Below, piece by piece: positions 26,010 through 36,109 of a stretch of DNA of 64,000 nt (position 1 is the stretch's first letter; each line of letters begins with the position of its first letter). The position numbers and the translations under genes were made by a program. Below the pieces are notes generated by a model. That model was not told where the DNA came from. It saw only the letters and a list, made by a program, of their open reading frames with translations, and did not search any database. Origin of the DNA: Flectonema sp. DT1601 (Eukaryota); NCBI GenBank assembly GCA_964019425.1, contig OZ025785.1, forward strand, positions 930,001-994,000. The letters run 5' to 3'.

Positions 26010-27353
26010 TCATTTTCTAGATTGCAACAACAACCCTGCCTTGTAGGCTTGCTTTGCAGACTTCGGAGCAGATCGAAGCTCTTTTTTTGTTAGAGTTCGC
26101 TTTCCTTTTTCATACTTATGTATGCCTTCTTTGGCTCCAGACCTGATACTTGTAGGGCACTTCACCTGTGTTGAAGCAGTCATCAAACCTTTCCTGTACC
26201 TTGCAACGAGCATTGCCACAGTGTAATTGACGTATGTTCCGCTTGGAGTAGTACTGATTTGAGCGTAAGAAGTTAAAGTTTCCTGATCAATATTTTGCTT
26301 GTACGTAGCAGGTGCACTAGAAACAATAGTGCGTTCGAATGCAACTAAAAAACACGGTAGCAGTAGGCGATCGTCAAAGAATACGACATAATCACCGGGG
26401 GTTTTTACACTACTAGCGAAGTGCCCAGATGTTAGACCAGCGCACACAATTATGTATCCAGAGTTCCGAGAATAACTAACACAGACAGAAGGATTGACAG
26501 AACTATAAATACCGATACCATGAACAGATCCGTTGGCAACTTGTACCGGATTAGTACCTGTATTTGGAATCCTCAATCCACCTGTTACAATATTTTTTAT
26601 ATTATTCAATGCAGTTCCATGAAAAACCATAACAGGGATCGAGTCCGGAGTTGATGTCTTCCAATGATTAGAAAATGTCGCTGCCAGCTCACTGTTGCAC
26701 ACATTGTATATAGTGATCGCTTGCATGCCTGACAGAGCAAATCTACTTTCGATCCTTTGTTTAAAATCTTTCCAGTATACCCGGGGATCGAACAGGATGT
26801 ATTTTAAAAGTCTATGAAGGGGAGGTTGGGCTTTTTTCACTTCTTTTTTTTTTTGTTGCTGCTTGTTTGACTTTTCCATAGCGTCAAGACGCTCTCTGTT
26901 GAATGTGGTTATAATACCACTGTGGCCTTCTTCAAAGAGGTCTTCTTCTAATTCCCAGGTAGGTCGGTTGTGTGATTTCCATTTTATAAGATAAGAGCAA
27001 ATACCTTTTCTAGCGTGTCGTTTCAAAATCTTTTCTGGCATCCACTCTGAAAGTGGATCTTCTTCCCAGGACTCTCCATATGATGCTGTTCTGTTTTCTG
27101 GGTTAAAGTCACAATCAGTTTCTACATCAACAGATGCAAAGTTGATGTCAGTTTCTTCATCGTCTTCCTCTGAAGGATGTTCTCTTTGAATTACTTCCAA
27201 TGCCGCCACTAAATCCTGTTCAGCCTCAGTAAACCAACTAAAATCCGTAGACACGCAGATTTCAAGTCCTTCTTCTTCCCCATCCGGGCCAACGAGAAAT
27301 AGTTCTTCCTCATCACAGTCAAATGACTCCACCTGCTCAGATGGCTCGCTCAT
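26010..27353 (-). CDS. Chromodomain plus PARP-like ADP-ribosyltransferase domain protein
   Basis: PEKIL..SYLIKWK..PTWELEEDL (chromodomain); MVFHGT..NI..GL..GSVHGIGIYSS..SYS (ART fold). Confidence 0.75.
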   Translation of the reverse strand: MSEPSEQVESFDCDEEELFLVGPDGEEEGLEICVSTDFSWFTEAEQDLVAALEVIQREHPSEEDDEETDINFASVDVETDCDFNPENRTASYGESWEEDPLSEWMPEKILKRHARKGICSYLIKWKSHNRPTWELEEDLFEEGHSGIITTFNRERLDAMEKSNKQQQKKKEVKKAQPPLHRLLKYILFDPRVYWKDFKQRIESRFALSGMQAITIYNVCNSELAATFSNHWKTSTPDSIPVMVFHGTALNNIKNIVTGGLRIPNTGTNPVQVANGSVHGIGIYSSVNPSVCVSYSRNSGYIIVCAGLTSGHFASSVKTPGDYVVFFDDRLLLPCFLVAFERTIVSSAPATYKQNIDQETLTSYAQISTTPSGTYVNYTVAMLVARYRKGLMTASTQVKCPTSIRSGAKEGIHKYEKGKRTLTKKELRSAPKSAKQAYKAGLLLQSRK

Positions 27354-27443
27354 CTGGTGAAGGGAAAACCGCTGTAAAAAATAAAAAGAAATATAAATAA
27401 AAACACCAACTCTACCACATCAACATATCTAACTGACACCTGG

Positions 27444-28061
27444 TCACATCTCCGGGTCCTTCTTGAAAACAGCTACAGAAATTCTGCCACTCAACTCTTT
27501 ACTGACTTCAATTTCAGATCCCTCAGCCAAATCAATCTGAGTACACCCCTGAGCTTCCATTGCAGCACCGAAAGATGGCATGACAGGTTTAAACCATGAA
27601 GTTGAAGCATTGATAAAAAGACCATTAACTCTCAATAGGGATGTTACTTTTTGTGCAATATGACGAAAATCAGATGAATCAAAAACTATATCCGACGCAA
27701 CTATTAAATCGTACGTCGGGTAATCATTGTCGTGTTCCGTCCAGTCGAGAGTAATAGCTGAAGTTGTCTCCTGTACGTTGTTCATTATTGTACTTTTTTC
27801 GAAGAAACTCAAAAACTCCAAATCGTAGTCACTAAACACTACCGTACCCGCTTGCATAATAGCTAATAACAAACTTGGTACGCCTATCCCTCCCCCAATT
27901 TCTAGTACGTTCATGTCAGGTTTGCTTTTCCAAATCTCACTGTTAGAAACTATCCACTTACACAGTCCCTCAGCTGCTGGCCAAGTAGATCTCCCCATGA
28001 CCGGTGTTGTACAATATATAATAGAAGTGTCCAAACCCTCTATTTTAAGTACTTCCGACAT
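27444..28061 (-). CDS. Seven-beta-strand protein methyltransferase (METTL21/family-16-like)
   Basis: TWPAAEGL, VLEIGGGIGVPS, VVFSD, LDW and DLIVASDIVF motifs. Confidence 0.88.
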   Translation of the reverse strand: MSEVLKIEGLDTSIIYCTTPVMGRSTWPAAEGLCKWIVSNSEIWKSKPDMNVLEIGGGIGVPSLLLAIMQAGTVVFSDYDLEFLSFFEKSTIMNNVQETTSAITLDWTEHDNDYPTYDLIVASDIVFDSSDFRHIAQKVTSLLRVNGLFINASTSWFKPVMPSFGAAMEAQGCTQIDLAEGSEIEVSKELSGRISVAVFKKDPEM

Positions 28062-29214
28062 ATTGGATAATACCTAAAAGAGTACACTCATTAGTACTAC
28101 CTCATTAGTACTACTTAATAAGGTAAAAGTCCACTCGTTTTTTTTGCTGCTGTTAAAAATAAATAAATTAAAAAATAATAATAATAATAAAGGAAACGGT
28201 ATCAAAGCTCCCATCAGTAGTAACCTTGCCAATTAGATGAATGGAAAAAGTCACTAACTCAAAGTTACAGAAAGTGGATATTCTTATCGGTTCCTCGACT
28301 TCGCTTTTTATTTTTGAGTTACCTCGCTCTTCTTATTTTAACTAAGTATGTGAACCGTCGTGAGTCTATTGGGGGGCTTCCATGGTAGCCACACGTTCGT
28401 TACAAGACTTTGAACATTCGTTACTATGACGAACACAAAACGAACGGTAACTGAGTGCCATCCGTTTCTTTAATAGTGGGCCAAGCAACGCGAACTGTGC
28501 CGTTCGATCCCCACATGGATCGGGATGAACTGTAAATGTACAAAGGTTTTAATTTCCTGATCTTATTCAGTATGGAAAGAGTGAAAATCTTCCCTTGGGG
28601 CATTAAACCACTCAGTTCATCTAAGTTCTATTTGGAATCAATAAAGATTCTGACTCCACATTTTGAGATCAGGTCTACCAATAAAAGAAAGACAAACACA
28701 GAAGCGAAAAAGAACGAAACAAGCTGGAGGCGCAAAAAAAAAGGGGGGAAACTCAAATTCCGAAATCGCCAACTCATCACAAAAATATTTAATCTCTCAA
28801 AAACAACCCATTATGACAGAAGAAAATTCAAGATTTTCGAAGCTCCAGTGGTCTACTGGTCAGGCATAGTAAAAGCCTGCCCTGTGAAAAGGTAGCCTAA
28901 CGATCCTCATCATCGATTTAGGTTTCGTGACTCAGAAGCCTTTGTTATGTGGCCCTCCATCAGCCGAAGGTTTTTTCAGGTTGGACCTTTTAAGGAACAG
29001 CCGGGACTTTATAAGTTTTTTGTTTGGAGTTGGTGATTTCGCAAAGTATTTTGGTGGAATTAGAAGTTTTCCCAAAAAAAAGAAATTGTTTTATTAATGA
29101 ATGAAACATGTTAGTTAGTATCATTAATTTTAGAACAGAAAAGTGAGAATAAGAAAAGTAGAGATCAATAAAAGAAAAGTATTCATTTCTGCAGTTTCCT
29201 AACATCAAAGGGTA

Positions 29215-29301
29215 ATAGAATATGTAGTTTCAGGCCTTAATCTTATACTACTTGTCCCTTTTTAGGCCTTCATCAGTAAGTTCTAAGGGACTTCATTCTA
29301 T
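29215..29301 (-). ncRNA. Candidate degenerate type III hammerhead ribozyme
   Basis: The minus strand reads AUAGAAU-GAA-GUC..CUGAUGA-AGGCCU..AGGCCU-GAAAC-UAC-AU-AUUCUAU. Stem I is weak. Confidence 0.4.
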
Positions 29302-29874
29302 GTTGAAGTTGTTATCGTTCAAAGATAAAAATCCATCGGAGCTCGCCAGGATAGGGCTAGCAATGTTTATTTGCTTTTGCTCAATTTGAATTTTTGACGT
29401 CTGGTCGTTTCACTATTACAGTCGAGTTAATGGATGAGTCGTCATCCAATTTCCGTTTTACTTTATCCTCGCATACCATCAAAGGTCCTATATTCGCAGG
29501 TGTCATTGTAACATCCATATCAGAAACATGTTAGTTAGTTAGCTAGCCCGACATACCATCGAGTACTGGTTAGATAGACACAACAGGGTGGAACGGTTAA
29601 CCACTGTGAGTCCCCAATACTACATGTGAACGGGAAAAATTGTGCATAGTGTGAAAAATTTCATACTCAAAAACTACCATTTTACAGTCAAAATGTGTAC
29701 TTTAATATTTTTTTTTACATATAAAAATCCATTAAGTTTTTTTTCCGAGAATCCACCATCTTTTTTATATCCAAAGTTGTTATACTCCAATTTTTTTATA
29801 CACCATGTTATTTATAGTTACAGTTTTTTTTTTTTTACAGTAATAATAGTTATAGTAATAAAATAAAAAATAAA

Positions 29875-30131
29875 GGGTTATGGCCTAAAATACCCCAAAA
29901 TGGCCCAAAAAAGACTGTGCACTCTGGGTCCCAACCACATAGCTGGGTATGAGGATGGGTCACAGTCACCAGGTATTACTCATACAACCATGAGGATTTA
30001 GAGCGTAACTTAAAATACTCACAGAGGGGCATCACAAGCGTCAGACAGGTCACCTAGATTTACTCGAAAGTCGGGGCAATTCGAACGTCAGCATTCACAT
30101 TAGCAAGCAACCAGTCCTGAGTACTTAAAGA
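29875..30131 (-). repeat. Diverged inverted copy of the right interior of the adjacent TIR element
   Basis: 30085-30131 is the reverse complement of about 31399-31445; patchier similarity continues out to CATAACCC. Confidence 0.75.
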
Positions 30132-30160
30132 TTAGTCACAATAAAAAATAATAAAAAATG

Positions 30161-31810
30161 GGAAAATTCTCCGTTGCTACCCCAAAACTTTATTTTTCTC
30201 CGTTGTGTTTTTTTTTCTTTTTTTTTTTCGCTGTTGTGTGCCACCTATATTTTTTTTTCGCTATTGTGTGCCACCTGTACTTTTTTTTCGCTGTTGTGTG
30301 TCACCTGACCTTTTCCCCTTTTTTTTTTTTTTTTTTTTTTTTCGGAAGATTTTTTTTTTTTTTTGTGCACCTGTCGACCTGGTTAGTTAGATACACTCAT
30401 CTGATGGATTGATTGAAAGCTAATAACACAAACGGTTAAGGATGTGATGGCTTGGGAAATGATAAAAGTAATCTTCTCTCTGGAACTTCTGCTCAGTACA
30501 TGCAAATGCATCTTGACACGCGGGAACCCTTCGGGCAGTACTGCGCTCTTGATAATTCAAAGTAGCCTTAAAAAAGCTCTCATGCTTGCATGAGTTAGAT
30601 ACCCTGATAACCCGGTCAGAAACAGGAGTGTCGCTTGCGACCAGGCTGTCTGTAACTCGCAGGTGTCTTGACTTTGAAATTCGGTTGGAATGACGTGTAA
30701 GAGGACAACAGTTCTCTGTAAGGTGACCCAGCCCTGCACACATACCGTTCTTTGCATACACTCAGTAAAACTTCCAGAGGCTGAGAACACTATCAGGACC
30801 TGACGAACAACCCAACCTATCCGTGAGTATTTGTCTTTGCTAATCTCGTCAAGCCGGATGAACATCATACAAACGTTATCTCAACATCCGTGTGCGGGTG
30901 TTATCTTCCTCATCTCGGTTTAGCCCTGCACCATCTGCGGAACCGGTAGCCTACGATGCTTCAGTAAAACGTTCAGGTTCCTAACCACAAACGTTTTTCT
31001 CTCTAGGCTTTTACTCTTTTACTACGGACTCTCGCTTAAAGAGATTAAGAAAATCTCCAAGTGCGTAGCTGACTATGTGCACATATGAAAAAAGTTGGAG
31101 GAATTGCTAGTCTGTTGGGTTATATTCGTAGCAGCTTCACGGTGACGGCGGCCTTACCGAGAATTATCCCTGGTTATTACGTGTTGAAAGTCACAGGTTA
31201 TAGTGTCAAAATAATACTCGCGTGGGTGGTTGCTCTCTTCGGAGAGCATAACTTCAGACCCGTCAATTCGCGGCGCTTATATTTACGCACATCAATTAGT
31301 TGAACGAGTTCAAGTCACTTCCCTGCATAGCAGATCCGTGTCCTCTGTACTAACGCTATACTAAGTGTGACTGTGACTGATACACGTAATGGTTGGGTTC
31401 TTTAAGTACTCAGGACTGGTTGCTTGCTAATGTGAATGCTGACGTTCGAATTCTCCGACTTTCAAGTAAATTTAGGTGAATGATTTCTCTTGTTTTCTGT
31501 CTGACGCTTGTGATGCACCTCTTGTATTCTAAGTCACAGGTGTATGAGTAATACTTGGTAAGAGGAGCCCCAGGTCCAACAAGAGGAGCCACATGTTTTG
31601 TGCATTTTGGTGCCAGGTGGTCATAACCCATTTTTTTTTTTTTTTCCCCCGAGAAAAAAAAAAAGTGCTGGTACCCAACAGCGAAAAAAAAAAAAGAGTT
31701 GTTCACAACAGCGAAAAAACTTTTTGGGTGCAGGCAACGGAGAAAAAAAAGTTAAGGTGACAGGCAACGGAGAAAAAACTTTTTTTTATGTAGGCAACGG
31801 AGAATTCTCC
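30161..31810. mobile_element. Non-autonomous TIR DNA transposon (Mutator/foldback-like), 1650 bp
   Basis: Ends GGAAAATTCTCCGTTGC and GCAACGGAGAATTCTCC. Inverted subterminal motifs (CTCCGTTG, TTCGCTGTTG). 9-bp TSD TAAAAAATG at 30152-30160 and 31811-31819. No transposase ORF. Confidence 0.88.
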
Positions 31811-31822
31811 TAAAAAATGACA

Positions 31823-31918
31823 GCGTCCATGGTGCAATGGCAGCACACGCAAATCGAGTTGGGGTCCGTTGCCCACTTCTTCATATCGCGGATCTCGGTT
31901 CGATTCCGAGTGGATGCA
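31823..31918 (+). ncRNA. tRNA-like gene, copy 1, with extended anticodon arm or intron
   Basis: Acceptor GCGTCCA/TGGATGC-A, D stem GTGC/GCAC, T arm CTCGG-TTCGATT-CCGAG, A/B boxes and TTTT downstream. Confidence 0.8.
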
Positions 31919-31949
31919 TATTTTATACAAATACGTTCTACTACAGATC

Positions 31950-32646
31950 TGTAAGGATTTTCACGGACTCAAAATCCCTTCCGGATGAACTGCTGGGATC
32001 GTCACCGTGTTGCCACTTCAGTTCTCTGCATTCATGGAAGGTGCAGACAGAAGAATACCGAGTCCCTCAAGATACTGGAATACCTGCGCATGTTCCCTCG
32101 CACATTGGAATCGAATTTCACGATGAAGTTGACGCGCTTGCAAAGGAAGCAGCACACAACAAGAACATCCGACCTGTACTAGTCAAAGGCACGTACTTCT
32201 CGCGCTCATCACATGTTAAGCGCTGCATCAAGAAGGATCTGCTCAACGTGAGTGGTTACATTTGCTATAAAGACCTCATCGGAGGCCGTTCCGTTAAATA
32301 CCCTCCTGGGATGGAAAGAGCCGACGAGATACGGATAGCGAACTTCCGAGCAGGATGTCACCCGCTACTTCAGAACTGGCGCAAGATGATTAACTTCCCA
32401 TTTTGTGGCGAACCGTCCTCACAGGTTCACCTGCTGCAGGGATGTCAATCTCCTAAACTCGACTCGGCCAGGTTCAAAATCCTGGGCTTCTCAACACTGA
32501 TCGGCAAGTGGGATCGCGATCGGGAACTTATTATTGCCAACGAAATTCCTAACCTTGAAGCTCTCTTCACTTTGGCGTGGCTTCCATCACTCGCGTTGAT
32601 CATAAGGTGGATGAAACAAACATCTAACCTTAGGCTTTGGAAATAA
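31950..32646 (+). pseudogene. LINE ORF2 C-terminal fragment (RNase H plus degenerate zinc knuckle)
   Basis: IFTDSKSL, HVPSHIGIEFHDEVDALAKEAA and EIRIANFRAG..FCGE..HLL motifs. Confidence 0.8.
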
Positions 32647-33056
32647 AGTAGGTGACATGTAGTCGCCAATATCAATTGTTATTATTTTAGTATTTTCATC
32701 ATTATCAATCATCTCCTGGTTGGGTAACTGCACATCACCTTCGGTGTTGTCATAGTGTCTCTTCCAACACTCATGTCTCCTTCTTCTCCTATTCTCCTTA
32801 TAAATTTCTCTTGAGGGCAGACCTTCGGGCTGTTCAAGTGGTCTTTGACCACCACTCTAGTTATATGCTCGACTCTTTGTTTTCCTTATCAATGGCAGGA
32901 ATGGTAACCGAATTAGCTTCATGTGTCCAATTTTAAGGACGCGTGACTATTTATCTTATTTCCGTTGCCGCTCTTCTGACGTCCTCAGGCGGAGCCTACC
33001 AAATGTTTCCCGTGTTTCCAAATGTCAGACTTAAGTTAAAAAGAAAGACAAACATA

Positions 33057-34827
33057 TTTTTTTTTTTTTTTTTTTTTCGGGAAGATAAAATGGAAACTAC
33101 TCTCTTTGTCCTTTTTCATTATACTGTTAATTAGTACAATCTTTCTACTGACTCTGATCGTTGTCTCGACATACAGTGACAGGGAAAACCCGCGAGCTGG
33201 GGACGACAGTCTTCTTTAGCATTTAAGCATTTTTCGACTTGAAAAGACATGACCCTTCAATTTAATGAGTTCTCATGTTTCTGGGTTTGGGATGGGGAAT
33301 GTGCACTTCTTCTCTTGATCCTTTGTTCTCATGGATCCCTTGTCTCTGTGCACAAAAGATAATTCGTCGTCTACCCAGCTTTACATTTGTCGCTGTACCA
33401 GTAAATAAAATGGGGCGAAAGAAGGGGGTGTGAGTCGTCCGTCCTTTGATCTCTGGGGCGTACGGACGTCAAGTTTTTTCGCTTGAAGGTTTTTCATCCT
33501 TTTCTTGGGTTGGGGGGCGGCCTTTGATTTTTATAATATGTGTGCGGCCTTTGGCTCCACTGGTCGGTGTTTCCTGGGGGGGGGGGGGGGGGGGGGGGTG
33601 AAAAGCATGTTTTGGTCCGAGTTTGCCTCGTTGACCGGGGTTTTTTTTTTTTGGGGGGGGTCTGGTTGCAGGTTGTGTCTCCTGCTTCGCGGGGGCTTTG
33701 GTCACGTTTCTAACCTCGCTCCCGCTCTTGTTCTCCCTCGTCCTCTACCATGTGTTTTGGGTTGGCTCTGGGGTCTTGGCTCTGTCTTTTCCTCGACTCT
33801 TGAGACCTCCTTCGTGGAGTCCCTAGCGCCTTCCCCCTTTCGACGAGAAGTCCAGGACCCTTCGCGTTGGATCCCCTTCTCTCTCCCTCATCTCTCCTTG
33901 GGTGCTTTTCTCACTCTGTGACGACGACCTTGTGACCAACTCTACTCCTGCCACACCTTGTCCGTCTCGCTCCGCCGGCTCCGGGCGTACGCCCGCGTCC
34001 GTGAACGAGGTCAGGGAGCCCGGGGGCCCGTGTGCGTACCCCATTGTGTCGGGTGTGTCTCCCTTACCTACCCGACGCAGTGTGGGTTTCCTGTTGTAAC
34101 TCCGCGGCGCCTGTTCCCTCGTGGTGCCCTCCACTGGCTCCGGTTCCTTCTGCTTGCGTCTCTTCCTCTTCGCTTTCCTGCTCGGGTCTGGGGAGAGAAC
34201 CTCTATCCTCTCCCTCTCTTCTCCCTTCCTGTACCTCCTCCTCGCCTGCCGTTCACCTGAGCTCGGGGTGGACTCTCCCATTTCCGCCTGCAACACCTGC
34301 GGACTTGGGTCCTCCTTTCCGGCCCCCTTTGCCCCCGTCTTTGCCTTCCAGCCTCTCGTGCGTCCCCTTCCCGTATTTGTCTTCGGCGACACACACTCCT
34401 CCCTCTCCTCCTCCATTCCCTTTCTGTACTTCGTCCTCCCTCTCGTGCTCGGTGTCGACACCGTGCCCGGCGATCTCTCTGCGTCTTCCCCGCTCCCGTC
34501 ACTACCCACTGCGCGTGGTCCCATCTTCGCCCCCAAACTGGATCTCTCGGCCATTGGTTTTGTTTCGCCTGAGTTCACCAGCTTTGAAAGGGGCTCCGAT
34601 CGGCCCTCCCGTCGTGTTTCCGCGTTCCCCCCTTCTGGGTGTAGTCCCAGCATCCAGGCCATCTGACCTGCGTTCCCCTCGGGCGCCGCTCCCTCTTCCC
34701 ATTCCTGTTCATCGACCGTCATGGTCATTTGGGAGTCTGACGATCCCTCCTCCTCTGTGTCCGACTCTGCCACCTGGACCACGTCCTCTGACGTCTCCTC
34801 GACGTACTGGACTACTGACCCTTCCGC
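33057..34827 (-). mobile_element. GC-rich retroposed fragment D: low-complexity ORF, UTR and poly(A)
   Basis: Poly(A) at 33057-33077 (minus strand). R/E/G/P-rich ORF 33823-34827 with no ATG at the junction. Composition differs from host genes. Confidence 0.55.
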
Positions 34828-35225
34828 TTTTTTTTGAGGGAGGTGAGAGGCAAGTATGGCAGGAGAGCAAACCCTCGGAACCAGCGATCCTTATGTTACA
34901 TGAGTGTGCGCTAAAAAGATAAACTGCAACACAAGTTTTGGGCCGGTTTTCTAGGTCCTACCATATCTGTCGCCGAAGCGAAGAAAAGAAAAAGGAAAAA
35001 AAAAAACAATATTTGTGGTTGTGTTTGCGCTGATGGTTGCACTCCCACTTCCAGCGTGTTTTTTCTTTCTTCTTACATTTACATACAGTTTACATACAAC
35101 TCTGTCTTCCTTTTCACTCTTCTTTTTTTTTTTCCTTTTTCTTTTCACATGTTTGCTTCTTTACATTTTTTACAAGTTCACTTCTTTACATTTAATTTTT
35201 TCCGTTCATTCACTTTCCGTTTCAT
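34828..35225 (-). repeat. Repeat X (~390 bp plus A-tail)
   Basis: Near-identical to 48839-49245. 5'-shortened diverged copies at 60768-60932 and 57677-57765 (+) keep the 3' end and an A-tail. Confidence 0.9.
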
Positions 35226-35298
35226 AGAAGTGAAAAGAACAAAAACAAAGAGTCTGGTAGCACAGACGAGTGTAACCAAAAAAAAAATAATAATGACA

Positions 35299-35400
35299 GC
35301 GTCCATGGTGCAATGGCAGCACACGCAAATTGAAGTGGGGTCCGTTGCAGGGCCACCACTGTCTATATTGTGGATCTCGGTTCGATTCCGAGTGGATGCA
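35299..35400 (+). ncRNA. tRNA-like gene, copy 2 (102 nt)
   Basis: Same acceptor, D and T arms as copy 1. CGCAA/TTGTG stem topped by hairpin AGTGG-GGTCC-GTTGCA-GGGCC-A-CCACT. Confidence 0.8.
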
Positions 35401-35719
35401 TATTTTATACAAATACGTTCTATTCCTCCGTTTCGTGCACAAATAAAAAATCACAGTGTTATATTCTGTATAGTTGAAGATAAAGCCAATTCTTGTTTTG
35501 TTGTACCGACGTCGTCGGAGAAGAAACTATTCGGATTGAAAGCCCGATATTTCTTATGTTATGATTTGTTTTCCCCGTGCGACAGGATTTTGTCGGCGTT
35601 CAACGAAATATAAACTGATAAAGCTAAAGGAGGTTTACGTGTGCTGCCAACATTCTTTTTCGTTCTTACAATACTTGTTAAATGCAAAAAATAAAAATCT
35701 CCGAAGTGGGTCCCCTCAA

Positions 35720-36040
35720 CTCGTTACAACCCGACAGTATTGAACCGTGGGCTGATTTACCGAACCTCTCAATATCGTGTGGCTACGGACACTCCAAAAC
35801 CGTCGATGTTGCAGCTGATAAACCTAAGTTTGATGAATACTGCAGGGAACTAAGACCCTCAGACTCCACGATATATACTGATGGTTCTCATGACCCTAAG
35901 AACTACAGCAGTGCAGCGGCCGTGCAGGTCTTACCGGCGGAGTGTACCAGGGCATCCAGACTTGTGGCCACCGAAAGTAGTTACAAATCTGAACAGATAG
36001 CTCTGAAACTAGTGGTAAATGAAGTTGGCAAGATAAACTC
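35720..36040 (+). pseudogene. LINE RNase H N-terminal fragment
   Basis: EPW..IYTDGS..SAAAV..SSYKSEQIALK, similar to the RNase H of LINE B. Confidence 0.8.
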
Positions 36041-36043
36041 GCC

Positions 36044-36109
36044 GGGTGGTCCGTTGCAAGACCCATTACATTCACATTGCGGATCTCGGTTCGATTCCGA
36101 GTGGATGCA
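36044..36109 (+). ncRNA. tRNA-like gene, copy 3 (3' half only)
   Basis: GGTCCGTTGCAAGACC..TTGCGGATCTCGGTTCGATTCCGAGTGGATGCA followed by the shared tail ATTTTATACAAATACGTTCTA. A LINE fragment stands in place of the 5' half. Confidence 0.75.

Noticed and set aside
28470..28530. B-box-like GTTCGATCC suggesting a tRNA
   Set aside because: No cloverleaf can be built.
30161..30310. Short spaced repeats (TTCGCTGTTGTGTG) resembling a CRISPR array
   Set aside because: They are mirrored at the other end of a TSD-flanked element, lack unique spacers and cas genes, and the context is eukaryotic; they are subterminal repeats.
30420..31303. ORFs inside the TIR element and repeat Y as transposase
   Set aside because: Short, with no DDE motif and only a partial CxxxGHxxxxC pattern; conservation at 62 kb reflects near-identical DNA.
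33902..34922. Long plus-strand ORFs over fragment D (also antisense ORFs over the LINEs)
   Set aside because: They are antisense shadows of GC-rich or coding sequence.
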